Source: Selaginella moellendorffii (Eukaryota > Plantae > Lycopodiophyta). Taken from it: a stretch of DNA of 64,000 nucleotides. Numbering within the stretch: the stretch's first letter is position 1; every line of letters begins with the position of its first letter. Positions 50,068 to 63,545 of this stretch are shown here, one piece after another. The DNA lies in NCBI RefSeq assembly GCF_000143415.4, contig NW_003314274.1, positions 1,901,149 through 1,965,148 on the forward strand, read 5' to 3'. Below the pieces are notes generated by a model, which made no database searches, was not told the origin of the DNA, and saw nothing but the letters and a program-made list of their open reading frames with translations. A program made the translations under genes and the position numbers.

Positions 50068-53000
50068 TGTCGCGAATGTGACTTCGGGTATCGAAAGTTA
50101 CCTGTCGACCAGTCCTTACGGACACTCTTTCCTTACTGCCACGATGGCAGGAGGTCGGTATTGCTGGACCCTTTATCAGTCCCTCTTGTGCTAGTGGAGT
50201 TAACTGGGCATTTCGAGTGTACTTAGACCGGACGAGCATAAGGACGGAATTCCTACGTGTTATTAGCTAAGCATACTTAGCCCGGTAAGGAGTTCCCGTC
50301 TCGTTATGTCTTGCACTGGCTAGTGACAAGAACCCTCGCGTATTGAGATTAGTCCCTCAATATCGCTACATGATAGCTTACCGTGTCTGCCAAACACCCT
50401 CGCTATCATGCCCTTGTGTTAGTCTCATTTCGGTCCCAAATGCTAATTATGGAAAGTGTCCAGATTTGCTCATTTGGCATACCTACGGAATGTAGAGATC
50501 GGCCTGAACACAATGGTGTTTGTCCCATGTCCAAATTCACAATCTAGGGACATTCCATATTTAGTAAGTTTCAAGCTTGTCCCAGAGACTAACTCCTGAT
50601 ACTAAGGGAGGCTTGGGGTGAAAGCCCAAAGCGTGTGTTCCTCAAGGGGGGGGGGCTATGGGGGGTTCCAAATGTATAGTAGGGATAGTGGGTAGGTCGG
50701 GCATGGCCGACTAACCTGAGGCATAGTCTAGCTCCCGCTTGCGTGCCTGTCCTTGTTCTGCGTCCGGCTTGGGTCTAAGCCCAAGTTCCATTCCATGCTA
50801 GTTGGTGGAGTACCCATATCCTCGCGTTAGGCCACCGGTATGCCGAAATAGCGCTAGACTCCGTTTGGCTCCGTTTTGCGTGCTGGTCCTGGCATTGGGA
50901 TGCTGGTTGCTCCAGGACTGTTCCAAGTCGCTCCGGGCTCCTGTCCCTTCGCTCCTTGGGCTGTATGCTCGGGAGTTGCTCCGTGGTCCGGTTCCATCAC
51001 TCCTTGGCGTCACGCTTGGGAGTTTGGCACCGTTCCTTCGTTCAGTGGCCCAAGGCCCTGAACCTCGGGTTCCTATGGACACGTGGCACGGACACATGGT
51101 ATGTGACACGTGGCATCTGTCACGTGGCACAAAGAGGGTTTAGGTTCCGCTTCGTGGTGTTATCCTATGGTAAATCACCATAGGATAAAGGGTCAAAACC
51201 ACGTGCGCTACATTTGGTATCAGAGGATGAGTCTCAGCGAGTACTATTCAATGAGATTGGGCAACTAGTCTCGTTGCATACGCAGAGATGAAAACGATGA
51301 TCCGAGTGGGTACACGTTTGGGTGCAAAGGCTTCGCAATTGGTTCCTTGGGTATGGATATTGTTACCTTATTGTACCTTATGATGTGAGCTTGCGCTTGG
51401 GCTCATAGGATGGATTTGAGTTGTTCCGGTAGCACGAGTTTAAGCTTGAGCTCGTGAGTGAGGCGCATTAGCAACTCGAGGTTACACTTTGAGTTGGCAG
51501 GATTAATGTTAGCCTATCGGTGGTTCCATGAGTTGTTCCATGTACCATGGGTGAAAGTAAACTTTCCCTGAGTTTGCTATGAGTGGCAAATAGGCTGGTC
51601 CGTAGCTGTTTAGTACGGCACTAGTGGATCCTTCCTAGGCATGATTATAATTGGATCAATCAAGACTGTAGGGAATAGTCTATTGGTTCAAGTAATCATT
51701 GCTGTGCTCTCTCATAAACTTTTCTTGGATTGAACTGAAGGCAGTGTGAAAGCAAGCTTGAGGTTTGGTCAAAGATGAGACCGAAAAGAGAGTCATCGAG
51801 GACGGAGGATCAAATACGTAAATCATTTTCTCTTCTTGGAGAGATGATTTGCAATGAGGTGTTAACTCATTGCTTGTGTTCACATTATGCAATCAAGAGT
51901 CCCTACCTTGATGCATATTGGAGATGATGGTCTTACAAATGGTGAGTTATGGGATGGATAGTGGTGAAACACTAAACCATTTTGTCTAGGCTCGCTATTG
52001 GAAGACTTGGGTTGCAATGCTCAATTCTTTTCAGGAGGAACCTTGCTATTGCTCCTTAGGTAGCTTGGTGTTGGATTAGTGTTGAGTTTGGTCGGAAAGA
52101 GAGTGGCATGAGCTTGTCCGTGTTGTGAACAAAAGTTAGTGGTGTTGGGTGTCGTAAACCTCTATTGGTGGAGTGTGGCATTTATGTTGCATTTTGTTGA
52201 ATCGAGTTGGCATTTGATACTCACATAAACGTTTGAAGTAATGACATAGGCATTGCTCATTGTGTTACTCAATTGATGATCAAGTCATTGTGATACTTAT
52301 ATCATATCCATGTGATAAAGAGCAATGTGTTTACGAAGTTGCTTGGGTAAATGATGATCAACCCCAAAGTGGTTGATGGAGAAGCTAGTCTACTTGCACG
52401 AAGTAGCATTGTAGTAGCTTTGACTGGATTCTCAATGGTGGTCCATTATGCTAAGCTTATGTTAGTACCTTGTTTCCTTGAGGGTTTGCCCATAAGGTGT
52501 TGGGAATGGGTTGTAGCATTCATTTGCTATAGCTCATCTGTTGATCCGTTAGCACTTGGAGTAGATTGTTGGATGGAGAAGATGTGTAGTTGGGGCATTG
52601 ACATCACTAGCACTTGTGTTAGTGGAAGTGGCATTGTTGATTCGAGTGATGAGGAATTTTCCTTAGAGCTTGATTCTCCATGTCATTTTTCTTGTTAGTG
52701 TTTTGGCTTCACATTGGATCTTGAAGGTGATTGAAGAAGAGTGTTAGTGCAATATGGATATCCGAAGATGTGGTCTTCGTGATCAAGCCTTGGATGTTCA
52801 TTTTGCACTTTGCGGATGTCGGAGTTAGATGTCGGAAAAATGGGCAAAGATGTTCGATACTTAAGCATGTTGTTCGATCATGAGAATTTTTGTTGAGGTG
52901 AACCTATGTGGAGTTGTTAGTAGGAGGAAGTTGGTTGAGTCTTGAAAGCTTGCAATCCTGGACTGAGAGTCATTCTTTCTCTAGGATGGAAATTTTCCAC

Positions 53001-56000
53001 AAATTTTCTTAGACTTTTCCAATGGCTGATCTATTGATCACTTTGCTCGAAAACCATTCCATTTTCGAAAGCCAGTACAAACTAGTGAAGGGGTTGGAGT
53101 TGACTTCGGTTGGCTTAGATCTTAGTAGGTAGTTTGTATGATGCGGCCCGAAAGGGATGCTGACTTTTGAGGCTAAGGCAATTAAGTTGGATAGAGTCTA
53201 GAGTTGGTATAGAAAAGTGGCCGTTACACTTTTCTAAGAAGGGTGACTCTTGTGCCTTTCTTTTGTAGCGTTGTGCTTGGTGGCAATTTGCACCTTGCAT
53301 TACGTTAGACTCTATGAGAGTAGTGAGTTCTCACTGATCTTGACTTGGTCTTGGTGGCCCTGCACCTTGGCTGAGGATGGTGATATCCAACTTAGTTGTT
53401 TGAGGTTGAGATGTTGGCACCCGTACTATAGCTTTGTCTATGAGGAGGTTGTGTACCGATGTGAGTTCATCTCATGGTCTTCACTTTAGTTTCGACTGAG
53501 TGTTGATCGTGCATAGCTAGCCTCTTCAAGGCATGCTCAGAGCTAGTGGCTAAATGTTTTAATGAGCTTATTACGGTTGAGTTGGATTCGAGTGGTCATT
53601 TAGTTTGTGCTTGTCCATGAACTTTTATCTCATGTTTGAGGTATTATGTTTATGCTAGATAAGTATATAACTTGATGACAAGAGTTGGTGTTTGAGTCTT
53701 GTGAACGCAAGTTGAGGAGTGATTGTTAGTTGCTTTGCGACTAGTGATTACTTGTAGACTTCATCAAGGACCGTTGACACTTGCTTTGCTCGATGATGAT
53801 TTAGCAGTGGTGGGCTTGCTTTACCGAATAGTGTTGCGGAGGATCGTGTCGTTAGACATACATGGGTTTTCCATGTTGACATGTCGACTCTACCTCTGTT
53901 GATATCATTTGGTTACATTTAGTCCGTAGTGTTGGATTTCATTGAGTCTTGGACGTGGTGAATCACTCCTTGATGATGTGTTATCTGTAACTGAGTATTG
54001 TTAGAGGATTGGTCTCGGTTACTAATTAAAGTATCTTCGACCTTGGTTAGCTTGGTTGCTGGAAAGCTCCGAGTGGTGATTCACTCATGCTTTCTTCTAG
54101 CTTTGTTTTGGTGTTGATGGCATTGAAGTGATGCTTTGTCATTGACATTGTTGATATTGAGATCTGAGTGAAATGAGATATCCTTCCAAGGATTGATATT
54201 GAGTTTCACTAGTCTTGATGAATATAGTGTTGATGATTTGGCTATAGCTTTGTGTTGTTGGCATTCGTGTATTTGCTAGTTAGCAACTGTGTTGACGTTC
54301 AAACGAACTGAGTGGCAAGTTGAGTTAGTTGTGTTCTAGACGAGATTATTTAGTAGAGGGTTGAGCTTTAGCTTTTCCTTGAAAGGTGATTTAGTCGTGG
54401 ACTATGCTAACTCTACGAGAAGAAGAGTTAGTGATCGATATTAGAATGTTGAGTCCTTGCTGGATTTGAGTTCGGAATATAGCAATCATTAATGATTCTT
54501 TTTGAGCTTGTTATGAAGTGAGTTACGTCTTGCTATAGATGGATTCATGGAGGATCGTTTGATGATCACTTGTTGAGCATAGCTCCATTGTGCTTAGCTT
54601 TTGGATTGATGCAGAAATGCTCTTCATTAGCTTTAGCATTATGAAGTTTAGCTTATGGATGTGTTGAGGAAGATATTATGAGTTGCATCACGATTTCTTC
54701 TTTCACATTGAAGTTAGCTTCTATGTGACTTGTGATCATTGTTAGACAAGACTTGGCTATAGACTTCTTTGAACTTTCGGTTCCTTGAGTTTTATGCTCA
54801 TTGTTCCATTTGTTTGAAGTTGTTGGGGGAAGGCATTTTGGCTCATTAGCTTCGATGTTGAAGTTGGTTTTTGCATCTAGCAATCATAGGTGATGATTAA
54901 CTATCATCTAGGAAAGTTGATTATCCATGTCAAAAAGTTTTGCTTGATTATTGTTGGTATAGAATGGTTTGCCGTTCTTCGGGATGGTGGATTCCTACTT
55001 AGACGATGATTATGCATTTCTTTATTGATGGAATGATTGACGATCTTTCATGATAGTTGGTTGTTCTCTTTGATGGCTTTTGGCTTTTCGCAATACCACA
55101 TGTTCTTTGTGGTTTGCTCTGGATTGGTCTCTTGAGCTTGAGACATCCATAGGATGTTGCTAATACTTGCTTAGGCAACTTGAGTTCCTTGATATTGTTG
55201 GCTGGGATCTATTTAGATTGGCTTTTGTGATAGTTGGCAGGCATGAGTGTTTGTTGGTCTTACCACATTCATTCTCTTCTATTGATTGTTGCTCGAGTTA
55301 GTTTTGATAGATTTGGATGTTATTTCCTTCGGGTGATACATTCGCGAGCATTGTGCTTGTTAGTCAATGATACTTTGTGTTCTTTGAGTTGTGTTTTGTG
55401 AGTTGTTTGGCATGCTATCTGCAATCTTTAATAGTTAAATTTTATCATTGAGTTTACTTAATGATATACTTGCTATTGAATTTTGTTTAATGGTGAATCC
55501 TATGTTTACCAATTATGCTGATCTTGGTGGTTCCTGCACTATAATACTAGTTTATCGGATGATAACTTACTTGGAATACTTTTGTGTTCTACTCTAAGCT
55601 TTATTCACTGATAATTAAATCTTTAAGATATCATTGTTTATGACTTTGATATAGTCCCTCTATATTGATCTTTGAGTTTGGGCCAGTATAGGCAGACTGG
55701 CTTTGGCACTTCGTGTGCATGGTGAAATCTCTAGTCATGGGGTAGCTACTGTCGACTGGTCACATAACCCGCCTCTTTGTCGATGTTCCTTGTTCCGTGA
55801 AAGGGCGTGACCGTGTAAACAACTCTAAACTGCCTGTTGCCAGTAGTCTATCTAAACCTTACCGACGGGTTTGGTTTCTTTGCTTAGGAGGGTCGGGGCC
55901 TCTGGCTTCTCTCTCTATGTTCCTGCGGGCAGGGCATATCACACTTTTGTAAGCTGGGTGACTCCCAGAGCAGCAGGGGTGGCTGACTCCGTTGGTCATT

Positions 56001-57348
56001 TCCTTGTCGGCGACGGCCGGACGGTGTCTGAGCTGGTAGCGCATCCGCGTTAGACAAAGAGGTTGCCCCCTAACTCATTTAAGTTGGTGCATTTCTCACA
56101 TAGTGTGAGTACCGTGAACTTTTTCTGGAGTTGTTTCCTTGGCGGTATTCTAGACTCGAGTATGCATCGACGAGGACGTCGATCTTCCCCAAGGGGGGGA
56201 GAGTGTCGCGAATGTGACTTCGGGTATCGAAAGTTACCTGTCGACCAGTCCTTACGGACACTCTTTCCTTACTGCCACGATGGCAGGAGGTCGGTATTGC
56301 TGGACCCTTTATCAGTCCCTCTTGTGCTAGTGGAGTTAACTGGGCATTTCGAGTGTACTTAGACCGGACGAGCATAAGGACGGAATTCCTACGTGTTATT
56401 AGCTAAGCATACTTAGCCCGGTAAGGAGTTCCCGTCTCGTTATGTCTTGCACTGGCTAGTGACAAGAACCCTCGCGTATTGAGATTAGTCCCTCAATATC
56501 GCTACATGATAGCTTACCGTGTCTGCCAAACACCCTCGCTATCATGCCCTTGTGTTAGTCTCATTTCGGTCCCAAATGCTAATTATGGAAAGTGTCCAGA
56601 TTTGCTCATTTGGCATACCTACGGAATGTAGAGATCGGCCTGAACACAATGGTGTTTGTCCCATGTCCAAATTCACAATCTAGGGACATTCCATATTTAG
56701 TAAGTTTCAAGCTTGTCCCAGAGACTAACTCCTGATACTAAGGGAGGCTTGGGGTGAAAGCCCAAAGCGTGTGTTCCTCAAGGGGGGGGGGCTATGGGGG
56801 GTTCCAAATGTATAGTAGGGATAGTGGGTAGGTCGGGCATGGCCGACTAACCTGAGGCATAGTCTAGCTCCCGCTTGCGTGCCTGTCCTTGTTCTGCGTC
56901 CGGATTGGGTCTAAGCCCAAGTTCCATTCCATGCTAGTTGGTGGAGTACCCATATCCTCGCGTTAGGCCACCGGTATGCCGAAATAGCGCTAGACTCCGT
57001 TTGGCTCCGTTTTGCGTGCTGGTCCTGGCATTGGGATGCTGGTTGCTCCAGGACTGTTCCAAGTCGCTCCGGGCTCCTGTCCCTTCGCTCCTTGGGCTGT
57101 ATGCTCGGGAGTTGCTCCGTGGTCCGGTTCCATCACTCCTTGGCGTCACGCTTGGGAGTTTGGCACCGTTCCTTCGTTCAGTGGCCCAAGGCCCTGAACC
57201 TCGGGTTCCTATGGACACGTGGCACGGACACGTGGTATGTGACACGTGGCATCTGTCACGTGGCACAAAGAGGGTTTAGGTTCCGCTTCGTGGTGTTATC
57301 CTATGGTAAATCACCATAGGATAAAGGGTCAAAACCACGTGCGCTACA
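50068..57348 (+). mobile_element. Recent non-autonomous LTR element (LARD-like, ~7.3 kb) of the same LTR family
   Basis: 1145-bp LTRs 50068-51212 and 56204-57348, with only 2 differences seen by eye; perfect TSD TGGGG; PBS TGGTATCAGAG; PPT AAGGGGGGGAGAG. The ~5-kb interior has no ORF over 115 aa. Confidence 0.93.
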
Positions 57349-57866
57349 TGGGGAATATCCAACTGATAGGATACATCACCCAATCGTTTCAACACCCGAT
57401 AGGGTCCAGCATATCTCGGCAAGAGCTTCCGAGACAAAGAACCCTTAATGTTCAAGTTCCGGGAAGATAGCCACACCTAATCTCCCACTTGATAGGATAC
57501 ATTCCGACGATACTAATCCTTATCATGTCAATACCTATCCTGAGCTTTGCCCATTGCCTCAGTAGCTCTAGACCAACCTTGGCGTAGCTACTCTGCATAA
57601 GTCTTAATAGTCAGGACCAACACTTTGGACATTGGTTTCGGGACAACAATCTATTGAGGCACCCCACAAGCATTCCCTTGCAGCATCTCCTATGGAGAAT
57701 AGCCTATAGCACTGTGAAATGTGTTGTTATAACAGATTTCTACTATATCCAAATGCTCAACCTAGTCGGGTTGGTCCACCGCGACATAGTACCGCAGATA
57801 ATCCTCAACTTGAGCATTCACACATTCGGTCTGCCCATCAGTTTGAGGATGATAAGCTGTACTAAA

Positions 57867-58537
57867 TGTAGCGCATGTGATCATGGGATGAAATTTAGAT
57901 ATACTATCACCGTGGATCCTTGGAACCTTGGGGGATAAATGGGGATAAAATAGCCACTAAGGGCTCTCTCATCAAGCAATTGCCCCTTTTCCAGTTGGCT
58001 TAAGGGGAGAGAGATAAAGTGCGCTACAGTTGGTATCAGAGGAAATGGCATGGGTTTGATTTCCATTGATTAGTGGCTACCTAAAATATAATATACCCTT
58101 GAGCAAGGTATATTCTTACCCCTAAATTTGAAAATCATAAGTATTGGGCATCCATGCATACATCCTTCCTCTTGTGGAGCATCCCAGATGAACGTATCCA
58201 CCGTGGGACTACGATACGGGTGGATGACTAGTTGCCTCACATGGAATAGCTAGTCTACACAATGGAAGGATTGGTAGATTCAGTGTGGAAATGGAGGTGT
58301 TGGTTCCCCTTGGCTCAGTAGGGGTTGTTAGTCAATAGTCAATGAGGACATTGACATCTCTGAAGGGGGGGTGAGTGTAGCACATGTGATCATAGGATGA
58401 GATTTGGATATACTGTCACCGTGGATCCTTGGAACCTTGGGGGATAAATGGGGATAAAATAGCCACTAAGGGCTCTCTCATCAAGCAATTGCCCCTTTTC
58501 CAGTTGGCTTAAAGGGAGAAAGATAAGGTGCATTACA
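57867..58537 (+). mobile_element. TRIM (671 bp) nested in the chromovirus integrase
   Basis: 162-bp LTRs 57867-58028 and 58376-58537 (TG...CA), PBS TGGTATCAGAG, PPT GAAGGGGGGGTGAG, perfect TSD CTAAA. Integrase KLKFS|[12 protein letters not shown] is split at the site. Confidence 0.93.
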
Positions 58538-61500
58538 CTAAACTTCAACTTAGTACCGAACAACTGGAACAGTGTGCCCCAAAACTTCCCCGTAAACCTC
58601 GAATCCCTATCCGAGATCATCTCTTCGGGAAGACCACAAACTCGCACTACTTCATGGAAAAAGAGCTTTGCTGCTTGTTTCGCATTTACCATTCCCACAG
58701 TTGGAATGAAGTGTGCAATCTTTGACAACCGATCCACAACCACCATCAAAGTATCATAACCCTTAGACTTCAGCAAGCAAGTGATGAAATCAAGTGTCAC
58801 ACTCTAAAATGGCCATGCCGATGCTGGAATGCACTACAACTTTCCAGCCTGCTTCTCAGTTCTACGCTTACATTGTTGGCATATAGGGCAGGAATGGACA
58901 TAGTCCGCTACATCACCTTCCATACCAGACCAAAAAAATCCCTTTTTCAACGAAGCCAGAGTCTTTCGCTGTCCACCATGTCCCGCTGCTGAAACATCAT
59001 GATGTTCCCGCAGAAACAATTGTTGCAGATCCTTAGAGGGAAGATACAATCTTTCTTGCTTATAGAATATAAGCCCATCCCGAACTGAGAAGTGAAGCTT
59101 CACATTGGTGCGGTCAGCAACTTTTACTGCCTCACTACTAGAGTTCTGCTTCGACAACTCTGCACGGCATAAGATTGCCTTCGCCAATGGATCACTTCCA
59201 TACGAAGCCTGAACGTCCTCCAACCAATCCAAACTGATTGCCGATATCACCCGGAATTGAGCTTGACGACTCAACGCATCCAAAATAATATTGTCTTTAC
59301 CAGGTTTATATATGATTTCAATATCATATCGAGCAAGCTTCTCTTGCCAACGAGCCTGCTTCAGCGTAAGCTTAGGCTGCGTAGCAAAGTAACTTAGTGT
59401 GTTACTATCTGTATAAACCTTGGTATGTCCACCCAAGTAGTGTCTCCAGTGTTCAAGGGCCAACACTATAGCAAACATCTCTTTATCATGAATTGGCCAT
59501 CTTCGTTGGGTTTCATCCAATTTCTTGGAATAGAACGCAACGGGACAACCATGTCACCTTAGCGTAACACCAACCGCTTTGTCACAATCTTGCTGCAACA
59601 CGGCACCAATAGCATAGCCAGATGCATCACAATGCATTTCGAAGGGTTTATCAAGATCTGGGATCCTGAGAACAGGACCCGTAGTCAAGATCTCCTTCAA
59701 CCGTACAAAAGCACGCTGACAAGCTGGTGTCTAGTGAAATGGAATACTACTCTTTGTCAACTCAATCAACGGAAGAGCAATTCTTGCAAAATTGCAGACA
59801 AACTTGCGATAGTATCCCGGCAAACTGAGAAATGAACGAACATCTGATACAGTGGTCGGGACTTCCCAAGACTTCACTTTTTCCACCTTCTTTGGATCGA
59901 CCTCAATTACACCACCACCACCTATATGACCGAGAAAGTTTACGCGCAATTGACCAAAAATGCATTTACTTTCCTTAGCATATAGTTTGTGTTTGCGCAA
60001 CTTCTAAAACACCAGCTCCAAGTGTTTCAAATGATCCTCCAATGTTTTGCTGAAGACTAGAACATCGTCGATATATAAGACAACAAATGTGTCCAAATAA
60101 TCTCCAAATATTCTATCCATCATAGTGCTGAACATTGCCGGAGCATTGTATAACCTAAATGGCATGATAAGGAACTTATAAAATCCGTACTGAGTCTTAA
60201 AGGTTGTCTTCTCCACATCCTGATCTGCCACCTGTATCTGATGATACCCCAAATCAAGTCGCGTAAAATACTTAGCCTTTAAGAGTTGGTCAAACAAGTC
60301 ATCAATGCAAGGCAAAGGATAATTGTTTTTGACTGTGATCTTGTTGAGTGCCCGATAGTCGATACACATCCTCATGGTTCCATTCTTTTTCATAACAAAA
60401 AGGATTGGCGCTCCATAAGATGACTTGCTTGGTCGAATATGACCTTTGTCAAGAAGCTCCGTGAGTTGCTTCTTAAGTTCAGCCATCTCCTTGATGTTCA
60501 ACCGATATGGAGCTTTCATAGGTGGTTTAGAACCCGAGATAACCTCAATCCAATGATCAACCTCACGGCTAGAAGGTAGCCCTGGTGGTAAATCCTTCAG
60601 GAAGATATCCTGATTCCACGCCAACAACTCCAATATCTTCTTTGGTACAGGATCAACCCCATCACCAATTCGAACTGAGTCACTAACACTCTCAGCTTCC
60701 ATCACTTGAACCTAGAAGGTCTGACATCCCCTCTTAGCTGCTTTTTGAGCGGTCCTCGCAATCAAGAACTTTGCATCCCAATCCTTTGAGGAGCACTTTT
60801 GCAACTGAAAGGACACATCGGGACATCCTTCGGACTTCAATATGATATGACTTTGTCCAGCACCATAAATCCCTTTTATATATTTGTTGAAGAAGTCCAT
60901 ACCAAACACCATCTGAAAATCTGGTATTTTCAACACTACCAAGTCCACTCTTTATTTCCACTTGGATATCTTTATTGGAACATCACTCACAAACTTTTTG
61001 GCTACTTGCCCACCTTCCGCAAACCAGAAGTGTATAGGCGACATTTGCTCAGCATTCAATCCTAACAACTTAACTAAGTCTTCAGATATGATGCTGTGCA
61101 TAGCTCCCGTGTCAATCATCACTTGGATTCGGTATCCACGGACAAAGCCTACTAGATACATCAACAGATTAGTGTTTGCATTGACTGCAAGAAAAGCTCG
61201 AGGAAAGCAACGAAAGTTACTCACCTTTTCTTCCTCATAATTTGCATTGACCAACTCGTCAACCCCTTCAACTTCACCACCACCATCTTCCTTCATGACA
61301 TTAACCCGAGACCTTGTCTTATGCTTGTTGGGACATTCCGAGGACCTATGTCCTGACTCTCCACAATGGAAGTAATGACCCACACTACCTATTCCGCTAG
61401 GAGCAAGTTTTGCAGGTTGCTACTACTTGTATCCACCAGGAGGAGGAACAAAGGGCCTAGGACCAGAAGAAGTTGCTGGTGGTCTCCAACCACCACCACC

Positions 61501-63257
61501 TTTGTTAACCATTGCTTGTGAGCCTCCAGGGTGGAACCTGCTTTCCACCCTCTGTTTCCAATCACCTTGTTTATTCCCAGAATTCCTATTCTTGTCCGAG
61601 TTACTAGCATATGGTTGCTAATATTGTTCCATGAGCGAGTGACTAAAGGCAATTTGCTGTGCTGCCTCCTTACACTCCAAGTACGTCTTCAGCTTAAACT
61701 TCAAAATCTCATTGCGAGAAAGTGAACTTAAACGTTCCAGGAAATAACTCCAAGCATCTTCGTCACTCATATTTGCAATCATAATGCGCTTTTGAGCAAA
61801 CGCATTAATGTAATGCATGAGGTTCCCTCGCTGCTTTAACCGCTATAACTCTGTGCGAAGTCTTAGACCAAGATCATCCGGCAAGTATTCCTTGCGGATA
61901 CGAGACCGCATCTTGGTCCAACTTCTAGTCTACCCTTTTTTAGCACACACTTGGTGCCACCAAGTTTTGGCATGATCGGTGAAAAAAGATTGTGCACACG
62001 CAACTTTTGTACAATCATCTACATCTGCCGCTATGAAATAGTTTTCCATATTGTAGACCCAGTCTTCCAAAACCTGATAGTCCCGCATGCCTTTGAAATT
62101 GGGTGGTTTCGGAGGCTTGAACTTTGAAACTCGTGCAACCAGGGGTGGCTGCAAAACTTCATCGTCCTCAGAACTTGAAGAGGAGTCCGGTTGGTTAGGT
62201 TTAGCTAGTTTAGCTGGTTTAGCTGCCTCAGCTTCTTTCTTCCTTTTCTTGTTCTCCTTCTTCAATTTGCGAATCTCCCTTTGCAAATTCTCAATCTTGA
62301 CTTCTTGAGCCGTACGCTACAACGCCGCAGCATCTGGCTCTTCCTCTTCTGACTCGGCCTCAGCCTCTTCCGCAGCATCTCTAGTAGGAGTTTCCTCCTC
62401 TTGATTCGCCCGTTTAGAGGTTTCAGCGTCATCAGCACAGTTCCTCTTCACCATCCTGCTAGCTGCATGCATGCTGTAAGCCACAAATTTTTCCTTTCCA
62501 CTTTGCCAGCTTACCTCGCCTATCCGTCCAACACTACCTTGGCTTTTGCTAAGTTCCCTCGCCAAGGTTCTCGCCTATGGTACCAACTCCTACTTGGTTT
62601 CAGCTACTCACTGCACGAGCAACGGAGTGTTAGCCATCCTTCCATGGATTCCCAAATCACTCCCAATCCCCCTCCCCGGGTTAGACTGGACTTAAGGTTC
62701 GGCTACACTCCCCGCAAGCACAAGCAGCCAAGCACACCAAGCTTCCAGGTTCCTAACATCCCTTGGTACCACAAGACTTGATCATGGGACCCTCTAAATC
62801 CCAAGTCTTGAGTGCAACACTTGCTTCGGGACGCCGGGGCGAAACACCGTGGCCTAGCGGCCCGGTATGGGTACCTCTCGCCCCCCTTTTCCATCCCGAA
62901 GGAAGGCCCAAGCCCCTAGGAAGGGCGAGGACCAATGAGCCGCATGGTACTCAAGTGGGGCACCACTCCACATGAGCCGGGAGCACCGCAATCGGTTTCC
63001 CTTTCGGGAGTGGGAGTTGCTCTTGAGCACTTCCTTGGATGGCCCCTCCGGCACCAGCCAAGTCCATGCTCACTCCCACCCAAGGCCCCTCGGTCCCAGT
63101 CCCAACCTCAAGTCGGTTTGGAAGCCCAACTGGAGAGTCCCTTCAAAACTGGTTCCTGGACCTCACTATCCCTACTATACTTTTGGAACCCCCTGCAGCC
63201 CCCCCCCCCCCTGGGAGACGCACGCTTTGGGCTTTCACCCCTTGACCCGTATTAGTA

Positions 63258-63545
63258 TTTGGACTTAGTCTCTGGCTCGATCTCGGACCCAATTTCGGAT
63301 CCGACTTCGGATTCGGGTTCGGACTCGATCACGGACTCGATCTCGGACCCGATCTCGGACCCGACCTCGGACTCGACCTCGGACTCGGTCTTGGACCCGA
63401 TTTCGGATCTCGGACTCCGTCTCGAACTCGGTCTCGAACTCGGACTCGAACTCGGTCCCCGAGTCGGTCTCGGACTCGATTCCGGACTTTATCTCGAACT
63501 CGGTCCTAGAGTCGGTCTTGGACTCGATCCTCGACTTGGTCCCAT
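63258..63545. repeat. 6/12-bp GC-rich tandem repeat in the chromovirus 5' leader
   Basis: Reiterated CTCGGA/CTCGAT/CCCGAT hexamers; a shorter version is at 340-455. Confidence 0.9.

Noticed and set aside
50798-51183. Overlapping 61-113 aa ORFs duplicated at 56934-57319
   Set aside because: They lie within the GC-rich part of the LTR; the duplication is simply the LTR pair.
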